A stretch of 64,000 nt of DNA from a virus. Its lineage: Duplodnaviria; Caudoviricetes. The notes below the pieces were generated by a model that worked only from the letters and a program-made list of their open reading frames with translations, searched no databases and was not told the DNA's origin. Both the position numbers and the translations under genes were made by a program. The stretch is from IMG/VR virus record IMGVR_UViG_3300027749_000034, one strand, 5' to 3'. Below, one piece after another: positions 57,094 to 64,000 of the stretch; the stretch's first letter is position 1, and each line of letters starts with the position of its first letter.

Positions 57094-57140
57094 GTTCAAC
57101 ACCGACAGCTGACTATTTGCGTGGAATGTGGTCGGTGGGG

Positions 57141-57171
57141 AAAAGGGCTCTTAGGAGTCCTTTTTTTTTTT
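57141..57171 (+). terminator. Rho-independent terminator
   Basis: AAAAGGGCTC-TTAG-GAGTCCTTTT plus a long T-run. Confidence 0.85.
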
Positions 57172-57272
57172 GACTAAAATATATTTTCCTAGGCCATTAA
57201 AAAACTGTGGTTTTTTAGATAAATATTAGTCGCCCAACCAACAGCACAACAGTCATTATGGCAACATACGAA

Positions 57273-57301
57273 TAGACATTGCCACTTACACCTGTTATAA
57301 T
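57273..57301 (+). promoter_or_regulatory. Sigma70-type promoter TAGACA-N17-TATAAT
   Basis: Ends 5 nt before the UvsW ATG. Confidence 0.7.
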
Positions 57302-57306
57302 AGACT

Positions 57307-58764
57307 ATGCCTGGAATAACTAGATTAGAAATCCGCGATGAAGTGAATGTCAAGTTCCATGACCTTGACCCTAGCACTCGTCGCAAATGCGAAACCAAAT
57401 TAAAGTACCAACTACCCTATGCATACCATGTGCCTGCATTTAGGTTAGGCAGGTGGGATGGTAAGATAAGTTTCTTTACCACTGCTGGATCAACATATTT
57501 AAACTTGTTGGATCGAGTGCTACCTATTCTCGATGAGGAAGGCTGGCAAGTTGAGATTGACGATCGTAGACAAGCACATAATTTTGCTTTTGTAGAAGTT
57601 ACCGAAGACACCTTTAGTCATATAGTTTGGCCCAAAGGACATCCTGCACAAGGTCAGCCTATTGTAATTAGAGACTACCAGGTGGAATGTATCAATCGCT
57701 TCCTTGCCAACCCACATGGTGTTCAAGAGATTGCCACAGGTGCAGGCAAGACATTGATGACAGCGGCCATGAGTCTAACTTGTGAACCGTATGGCCGCAC
57801 AGTTGTTATTGTACCCAACAAAGACCTGGTACGGCAGACACATGCAGACTATGTCAACATGGGATTAGATGTTGGTGTATACTTTGGTGATGAGAAAGAC
57901 CTTGGCCATACACATACCATTGCAACATGGCAAAGCATTAACTCCTTAATCAAACGAAGCAAGGAAGGAACCAGTGCAATTGGGATTGAAGCAATTACAG
58001 ATGACCTGATTGCAGTTATTGTTGACGAAGTACATATGGCCAAGGCTGATGTGCTTAAAACAATGTTGACAGGTCCGTTTGCAAATGTTCCAATCCGTTG
58101 GGGGTTGACAGGTACCATTCCCAAAGAAGAACATGAGTATGTTAGCTTACTGGCCAGCCTTGGAAATGTACTACACAGATTACAGGCCAGTGAACTACAA
58201 GACATTGGTGTACTGAGCAATTGCCATGTTAAGGTGCTACAGTTTGATGACAAGGTAGAATACAAAACCTATCAAGAAGAATTGACATACCTGACCAGTA
58301 ATGAACGCAGGCTGGACGAACTTGCCAAAACAATTGATGCCATTAGTCAAGGTGGAAATACTTTGGTCTTGGTTGATCGTATTGCATCGGGTAAGATGCT
58401 GGTTGAGCGGCTACCAGAGAGTGTGTTTGTATCTGGAGCAATGAAGTCAAAGGATAGGAAAGACGAATATGATGAAGTTACCCTTGCAACAAATAAAATT
58501 ATTGTGGCCACTTATGGTGTGGCTTCTGTGGGCATTAATATACCTAGGATCTTTAACTTGGTTTTGGTTGAACCTGGAAAGAGTTTTGTTAGGGTTATAC
58601 AAAGTATCGGTCGCGGTATTAGAAAAGCAGAAGACAAAGACTTTGTCCAGATATGGGACATAACAAGCACAGCAAAGTTTGCCAAAAGACACTTGACCAA
58701 GCGCAAGAAATTTTATGAAGAAGCAAACTATCCATATCAAACTGAAAAGGTAATTTATAAATGA
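57307..58764 (+). CDS. uvsW: SF2 DNA helicase UvsW-like
   Basis: ATGAGKT, DEVH, TGT, QSIGRGIR. Confidence 0.9.
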   Translation: MPGITRLEIRDEVNVKFHDLDPSTRRKCETKLKYQLPYAYHVPAFRLGRWDGKISFFTTAGSTYLNLLDRVLPILDEEGWQVEIDDRRQAHNFAFVEVTEDTFSHIVWPKGHPAQGQPIVIRDYQVECINRFLANPHGVQEIATGAGKTLMTAAMSLTCEPYGRTVVIVPNKDLVRQTHADYVNMGLDVGVYFGDEKDLGHTHTIATWQSINSLIKRSKEGTSAIGIEAITDDLIAVIVDEVHMAKADVLKTMLTGPFANVPIRWGLTGTIPKEEHEYVSLLASLGNVLHRLQASELQDIGVLSNCHVKVLQFDDKVEYKTYQEELTYLTSNERRLDELAKTIDAISQGGNTLVLVDRIASGKMLVERLPESVFVSGAMKSKDRKDEYDEVTLATNKIIVATYGVASVGINIPRIFNLVLVEPGKSFVRVIQSIGRGIRKAEDKDFVQIWDITSTAKFAKRHLTKRKKFYEEANYPYQTEKVIYK

Positions 58765-59267
58765 GAATATTAACAGTTGATAATCTGTCATACGACCTAG
58801 ATCGTCTACCAGAAGAAATTGACGAAGACTTGCGCTACGGAGTACTTGACTACAGCAATCCTGCTGATGTTGACTATGTCTTTGTACCATTGGTTTTCTT
58901 AGAGAGCTTTAGTTGTCCTGCGGCAGTATTGCGTATTGGAAAACATGAACTCAAAGTGCCATTGGACTGGTCACTGATCATTGGCGAACCTGATCACGGC
59001 GAACCAGAGATTATCAATGTTATGAGTCTCAATGATAGAGGCTTTAGTACATTTGTGTTTAACCCAATCAACGGCTACAAACCCGAGTGGATGAAGGTTG
59101 AGGTAATCAACATCTATCAAGAAGTCAAATGGTATGTGCCCAAGTTGAAGTTTGGTCATGTGTTGGCAGTTCCTTTAGAACATACCAAGGAACCAGTGTG
59201 TGCGTTCTTTCTAAAAGAAACAAATAAAATTCCAGAAGTACTTGACTTAAACAAGATTTGGTTTTAA
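58761..59267 (+). CDS. Hypothetical beta-rich protein (possible degenerate Hint fold)
   Basis: 168 aa, ATGA overlap with the helicase stop. Confidence 0.6.
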   Translation: MRILTVDNLSYDLDRLPEEIDEDLRYGVLDYSNPADVDYVFVPLVFLESFSCPAAVLRIGKHELKVPLDWSLIIGEPDHGEPEIINVMSLNDRGFSTFVFNPINGYKPEWMKVEVINIYQEVKWYVPKLKFGHVLAVPLEHTKEPVCAFFLKETNKIPEVLDLNKIWF

Positions 59268-59276
59268 AATACACAT

Positions 59277-59768
59277 ATGGCCACCAAAAAGAAAGAACCG
59301 GCTTCAGCAAAATATCAACTGCCAATTGATCAGGTAATGACTGCTGTTGACCTACGCAAGGGCACTTTCTACGACAAGTTGGATGACGATGGTCGTAAAT
59401 CTCTAAGCACTTTTATGGCACAGCGTTGGGCCAGTCAAGTACAAGGCACCAGAGATGTACAGGAACAATATCTAATAGATGTGAATGCCTACAGCAATGT
59501 TGACTACATAGCAACAACCAGCACTCATGAGGAACTACGATGGAAGGCTCTGGCCCTGGTTGGCTTGGGTGTCAAACTCAGGCACGAATTCATTCCGCCC
59601 ATTGGTGTCAAGAAAGACAAACTGACAGCATGGCTTATTGAGAAGTTTCCACAACTTGGTGCAGAGGAAATAGAATTGTTCAAATCTATCAACAGCACAG
59701 AAGATCTAGAAGACATTGCCCGGGCACAAAACATGGGTAATAAAGAATTCAAGGAATTGTTTAAATAA
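59277..59768 (+). CDS. Putative clamp-loader small subunit (gp62-like)
   Basis: STFMAQRWAS...H.FIPP pattern; replication gene context. Confidence 0.45.
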   Translation: MATKKKEPASAKYQLPIDQVMTAVDLRKGTFYDKLDDDGRKSLSTFMAQRWASQVQGTRDVQEQYLIDVNAYSNVDYIATTSTHEELRWKALALVGLGVKLRHEFIPPIGVKKDKLTAWLIEKFPQLGAEEIELFKSINSTEDLEDIARAQNMGNKEFKELFK

Positions 59769-59770
59769 AC

Positions 59771-60460
59771 ATGATTGATTATCAATGTAAATTTTGTAAT
59801 AAAGCATTTACTAGAGAACGGACTTTGAGTAGCCACATGTGCGAGAAGAAACGCAGATGGATGAGCAAAGATGAAATTGCTGATAGAATTGCTTTCAGTG
59901 TATGGTCGGATTTTATGAAGTATGTGAGTCCTAATACAAAGAAAGTTAAAACAGTTGACGATTTTATAAAAAGCGCAGACTACATAGGCTTTGTAAAATT
60001 TGCTAACTATTTGATAGACCTCAAGCCGTTAGAAAGCGACAAGTTTATACATTGGTTATTTAAAATGGGAGTTAGGTTGAGTGATTGGCAGAAGCCAGGA
60101 ACTTATCAACTCTATGTACAAGAGGCCGCCAAAAAAGAAACAGCCGATCGTGCGTTGGAAAGAACTATCATCTCAATGAGAGAATGGAGTGAAGTATCCG
60201 GGGAAGATTGGCAGGAATTTTTTAATAAAATTGCTCCATCTACTGCAATGAACATGGTGGTAATGGGTAGGCTTAGTCCTTGGATTATATATTCAACCAC
60301 TGCCGCACAGTCATTGTTAGATAGAATGGAACCAGGCCAAATTGAAACGGTAACAAAACATGTGGACACAGAATGGTGGAAAAAGAAATTAAAAGAAAAC
60401 CCGCAAGAAGCAGTATGGATAAACACAACAATGCAACAGGCGATCGGTTTGTCGAGTTAG
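59771..60460 (+). CDS. Hypothetical protein with N-terminal C2H2/C2HC-type zinc finger
   Basis: YQCKFCNKAFTRERTLSSHMC. Confidence 0.65.
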   Translation: MIDYQCKFCNKAFTRERTLSSHMCEKKRRWMSKDEIADRIAFSVWSDFMKYVSPNTKKVKTVDDFIKSADYIGFVKFANYLIDLKPLESDKFIHWLFKMGVRLSDWQKPGTYQLYVQEAAKKETADRALERTIISMREWSEVSGEDWQEFFNKIAPSTAMNMVVMGRLSPWIIYSTTAAQSLLDRMEPGQIETVTKHVDTEWWKKKLKENPQEAVWINTTMQQAIGLSS

Positions 60461-60576
60461 AGGCTAAACTTGCCGAGTTTATTGATAAACTAGAAATAGT
60501 TGCAATAGAAATGGAAAAAATTAAAGCACAGCAAAACGACTTAATAAAAATGGTTAAAGATAAATTTAAAAAATGA
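60373..60576 (+). CDS. Small coiled-coil protein (start 60373 or 60415)
   Basis: Heptad-like sequence, stop overlaps the DnaE-like start. Confidence 0.45.
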   Translation: MVEKEIKRKPARSSMDKHNNATGDRFVELEAKLAEFIDKLEIVAIEMEKIKAQQNDLIKMVKDKFKK

Positions 60577-61157
60577 ACTTGCCTGACGTAGACATTGACT
60601 TTGCAGATAGAGAACAGGTACTTAAATTGTTGCCGCATATACCTGCGACACAAAAGTCCAACCAAGCAACCCAAAAGCACAAAACAGGAGTGTACTTTCA
60701 TCCTGTGCCAGTAAACCCTTTTACTGGTTGGTGCGACATAGATTATAAAGAAGCAGAAGCATTGGGATTTTTTAAAGTGGACTTGCTTAATGTAAGTTTG
60801 TACAATGGAATCCAAAGTAAAGAACATTTGGATCGACTAGCCAACCAGGAGCCATTATGGGATCTGCTACTACAGGACGACTTTGTAAATCTGTTATTTC
60901 ATTTGAACGGGCATGGAGATATTCTCCGGAAGACCCAGCCGACTTCCGTGGAACAATTGTCTGCGGTCCTAGCAATGATACGCCCGGCCAAACGCTATCT
61001 GATTGGGAAGCCATGGACGACGATTATGAAGGAAGTATGGACGAAGCCAGAGAGTGGTGATTACTTCTTTAAGAAGAGTCACGCAACAGCCTATGCAGTG
61101 GCCATTGTGGCTCAAATGAATCTGATCTGTGAAAAGATCAGTTATGGATACAGTTAA
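60573..61157 (+). CDS. dnaE: Miniature DNA polymerase III alpha-like protein
   Basis: PDVDIDF, FKVDLL, AMIRP, FFKKSHATAYA motifs within 194 aa. Confidence 0.8.
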   Translation: MNLPDVDIDFADREQVLKLLPHIPATQKSNQATQKHKTGVYFHPVPVNPFTGWCDIDYKEAEALGFFKVDLLNVSLYNGIQSKEHLDRLANQEPLWDLLLQDDFVNLLFHLNGHGDILRKTQPTSVEQLSAVLAMIRPAKRYLIGKPWTTIMKEVWTKPESGDYFFKKSHATAYAVAIVAQMNLICEKISYGYS

Positions 61158-61528
61158 TCTAGCTTTCTAATAAGGCTAATTTGACGGCGTTTTGTCCGTT
61201 TAGTAATGACATTTGTTAGACTAGTCTGATATCCATACAGCATTTCAAAGTCCTTTGTGCTGTAGGTTTTTAGGGTGTAGGCAAATCTTCGCATAGGTTC
61301 TTTTAGCACTATGTTGATTGGTATAACTCGATTACTCCCCCACCACCATTCCTCGCCACACGCAACGAATAGAAGCTTGTCTTCTTCGTCTTTTAATGAG
61401 TTATAAACATACATTGTAACAACCGTTTGATCGCTGTTTTGTATAATTCCAACTAGTTCTTGGTCGCCGTACCGAACCAAACTCATGAAAGGGAATCGTT
61501 CTAGAAATTCTTTTACTTTAGGATCCAT
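61154..61528 (-). CDS. Hypothetical protein
   Basis: 124 aa; TAAGTA (61535-61540, - strand) 6 nt upstream. Confidence 0.65.
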   Translation of the reverse strand: MDPKVKEFLERFPFMSLVRYGDQELVGIIQNSDQTVVTMYVYNSLKDEEDKLLFVACGEEWWWGSNRVIPINIVLKEPMRRFAYTLKTYSTKDFEMLYGYQTSLTNVITKRTKRRQISLIRKLD

Positions 61529-61575
61529 TGCATTTACTTAGCATTTTAAAGATCCACTTGTTGCTAAATAATGAC

Positions 61576-62385
61576 ATGGCCACTTTAAACTTAACAATTC
61601 CAACGGTATCTTTAAACTATGCGGGTGCAGGTACCGGCCCCAGTAGTACACGATATGTTTCAGACTATACCGACCAACGCATAACTTGGTTTAAGGGTGT
61701 AGATAACTTGCTTGATATCACCATTGTGGGTTCAGATCGCAGACCGGTTAGTCTGTTGCACAGAGAAGTCACAATGACAATGTGGAATAGAGAAACTGGC
61801 GGCGTGATTTTCCGACGTCGCGCAATTTCAACAAGTCCAGAAAACGGACAGGCCCGCCTAACCGTTTTTGCCAGAGACCTAATGATGCTTGGCCAAGGCC
61901 TTTATACCATTGCCGCAACCTTTGTAGATGATAGAGGATTAGAAACTGCCCTAACTTGGAACCGTGCAAGAGTTGCCGCATTTGATGTTGAAGTAAAAGA
62001 CGCACCTGTTCCAACAACTCGTAGCACATATGAAATTACCAACTATACCTATGTTGCAGAAAACTTAGGTTCAATTTGGGCATCATCTGGATTTGATGGA
62101 CCAACTTTCTATAGGAAAGAAACCTCCCTGTTCTCTGTTGCAGTATATGCAAGCAATTGGACAGGAACATTAATTGTACAAGGTACATTAGACAATTCAA
62201 TAAACAGTTCAACATTGTGGGCAGATTTAAAACCACAAGCTGATACCACAGCCGTATTAACATACAATGGCTTCACAGGTATTGATCCATGGAACTATTA
62301 CGCCGGCGTTAGATGGTTGCGTATTGTTAGACACACGGACGCATTGAACGCTGGAACCCTTGACAAAGTCCAAATAAGAGTGTAA
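61576..62385 (+). CDS. Hypothetical, probably virion structural, beta-rich protein
   Basis: TAAATA at 61565-61570, 5 nt before ATG 61576. Confidence 0.6.
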   Translation: MATLNLTIPTVSLNYAGAGTGPSSTRYVSDYTDQRITWFKGVDNLLDITIVGSDRRPVSLLHREVTMTMWNRETGGVIFRRRAISTSPENGQARLTVFARDLMMLGQGLYTIAATFVDDRGLETALTWNRARVAAFDVEVKDAPVPTTRSTYEITNYTYVAENLGSIWASSGFDGPTFYRKETSLFSVAVYASNWTGTLIVQGTLDNSINSSTLWADLKPQADTTAVLTYNGFTGIDPWNYYAGVRWLRIVRHTDALNAGTLDKVQIRV

Positions 62386-62388
62386 ACT
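62360..62388 (+). promoter_or_regulatory. Sigma70-type promoter TTGACA-N17-TAAACT
   Basis: Upstream of the primase. Confidence 0.7.
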
Positions 62389-62397
62389 AAACTCTAT

Positions 62398-63366
62398 ATG
62401 AGTCTAGTTGAAAACACATTACGGGCACACCTACCTGCATTAAAATCAAGTTCCAATGGTTGGCTGACCATGAACTGTCCTATGTGTGTGCAAAATGGAC
62501 AAGCAAGACCTGACACCAAGCACAGAGGTGGATTTAAATTTGAACACGATAGGTCGGGCTATCATTGTTTCAATTGCAGTTATACAACAGGCTGGCGCCC
62601 AGGACAACGATTGGGATTTAAACTAATCAAGTTGATGCGAGTGCTGGGCATCGACGAAGGCGAAATACAAAGATTAAAAATACAACTATGGGATCAGGTA
62701 GTTGCAGACGATACCATAATTGAAGAACCATTTAAGAAGCCAGACTGGCCAGAAATAACTTGGCCATGGACAGTTAGAGACTTGACCATTGAAGCCGCAG
62801 AGTATCTAGACAGCAGAGGCGTATTAGAATTAAGTGACTGGTATACCAGTGCAAGTCCTTTACAAAGTATGGATAGTCGTGTTATACTACCCTATACCAG
62901 CAACGGCAGGATAGTTGGATATACAGCACGATGGATTGGTGATGTACCAGACAAAAAAACTGCAAAGATGATTACCAGCAGGCCACCAAGCTTTGTATTC
63001 AATCTAGATCATCAAAGTCATTTGCGTAAGTATACAATTGTTACAGAAGGCGAGTATGATGCACTGACACTGGATGGCGTTGCAATTATGACCAATAGCA
63101 TTAGTCCAGAACAGGCAAAGATTATTGAAGACATTGACAACGAACCAGTTGTGCTACCAGACAGAGATCGTGCTGGTATGACCTTGGCAATGCAAGCGGC
63201 CGAGCTTGGGTGGAGCGTGAGCTTTCCAGATTGGCCAGATGGCATCAAAGATGCAAACGAAGCCGCCCAGCGGTTTGGAAGAGTTGCGGTGGTACAAAGT
63301 GTGTTATCGGCGATTGAGAGCTCGCCATTGAAGATTAAATTACTATGCAGGCGGTGGTGTGTATAA
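62398..63366 (+). CDS. gp61: DNA primase
   Basis: CPMC...HCFNC zinc domain; TOPRIM VTEGEYDAL, PDRD, KDANE. Confidence 0.9.
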   Translation: MSLVENTLRAHLPALKSSSNGWLTMNCPMCVQNGQARPDTKHRGGFKFEHDRSGYHCFNCSYTTGWRPGQRLGFKLIKLMRVLGIDEGEIQRLKIQLWDQVVADDTIIEEPFKKPDWPEITWPWTVRDLTIEAAEYLDSRGVLELSDWYTSASPLQSMDSRVILPYTSNGRIVGYTARWIGDVPDKKTAKMITSRPPSFVFNLDHQSHLRKYTIVTEGEYDALTLDGVAIMTNSISPEQAKIIEDIDNEPVVLPDRDRAGMTLAMQAAELGWSVSFPDWPDGIKDANEAAQRFGRVAVVQSVLSAIESSPLKIKLLCRRWCV

Positions 63367-63565
63367 AGTAAAGATAAACTGGAAACTGGATCAGGATACT
63401 GATGACTGGTGGAACATGGCATGTATTTGGATGATAGAAGAGTTTGGTCTTCCAGGTGACAAGTATAAAACAGAAGTAACGGAAGATTATATGATATTTG
63501 ATTTCGAAGAAAAAGAAAATGCAATGATAGCCGCATTGCGATGGGGGAATGAATATGGCAGATGA
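63359..63565 (+). CDS. Hypothetical protein
   Basis: 68-aa ORF coupled between primase and helicase. Confidence 0.55.
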   Translation: MYKVKINWKLDQDTDDWWNMACIWMIEEFGLPGDKYKTEVTEDYMIFDFEEKENAMIAALRWGNEYGR

Positions 63566-64000
63566 AATTAAAGAGTATGGATTTGAACTACAGAAATTGT
63601 TCTTAGAGTTTCTAGTAAGCAACAGAGACTTGGCGGCAAGATGTCAAAATGTGTTGGATCCAGAACACTTTGACAGACGACTCAGAGCCGCCGCAGAATT
63701 TATTAAGAACTATGTAAACGAACATGGTAACATTCCGGATGTTTTACAAGTAAAAGCAACAACAAACACAGAGTTACAAAATTTACAAGAACGCTCAACA
63801 GAACACAGTGATTGGTTCTTGACTGAGTTTGAAGGCTTTAGTCGACACAAGGCAATCGAAGGAGCAATTCTTAAGAGTGCAGACATGCTGGATAAAGGCA
63901 TGTACGGTACAGTTGAAAAGTTAATTAAGGATGCAGTTCAAATTGGATTGCCCAAGACATTTGGCACAGACTATTTTGCAGACCCAAGTGGTAGATTGAC
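63555..64000 (+). CDS. gp41: Replicative DNA helicase, gp41/DnaB-like (partial, runs off right edge)
   Basis: Hand translation MADEIKEYGFELQKLFLEFL...WFLTEFEGFSRHKAIEGAIL...IKDAVQIGL...GTDYFADP; follows the primase. Confidence 0.75.
   Translation, partial: MADEIKEYGFELQKLFLEFLVSNRDLAARCQNVLDPEHFDRRLRAAAEFIKNYVNEHGNIPDVLQVKATTNTELQNLQERSTEHSDWFLTEFEGFSRHKAIEGAILKSADMLDKGMYGTVEKLIKDAVQIGLPKTFGTDYFADPSGRL

Noticed and set aside
46476-58764. Inteins or introns in terminase, UvsX or UvsW
   Set aside because: Lengths are ordinary, motifs are contiguous, and there are no internal Hint or LAGLIDADG signatures.
1-64000. Alternative genetic code (stop-codon reassignment)
   Set aside because: Core genes are full length in the standard code, and TAA, TGA and TAG all end genes at sensible positions (e.g. 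TAG at 37309 and 44133).

Overview
This 64 kb window is the conserved core of a large T4-like contractile-tailed dsDNA phage, read in the standard code. Product calls come from motif recognition only; no database search was possible. It carries head genes (gp20-23, terminase, gp4), neck, tail and baseplate genes (gp13-15, gp18, gp19, gp5-, gp53- and gp26-like, tape measure), fibre genes, a gp55-like late sigma factor, and recombination/replication genes (gp46/47, gp32, UvsX/Y/W, primase, the start of a DnaB/gp41 helicase). It also encodes a 194-aa miniature DnaE-like polymerase. I found no tRNA, CRISPR array, integrase or reverse transcriptase. Four signals stand out. (1) The only large non-coding gap (10020-10672) lies just after a catalytic-domain-only GIY-YIG nuclease; it opens with short direct repeats and continues as about 500 nt of dense stem-loops, a candidate large ncRNA or origin paired with the nuclease. 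(2) An in-frame T-TTT-TTC slippery heptamer could fuse the gp26-like and gp51-like ORFs, as in G/GT tail chaperones. (3) A TAARTA late-promoter motif recurs, often 4-8 nt before an ATG with no SD, or inside hairpins that bury an SD or start codon. (4) Several proteins have unusual architectures: an FG-repeat holin, a Hint-like orphan, an LAG-motif internal head protein and a zinc-finger protein.
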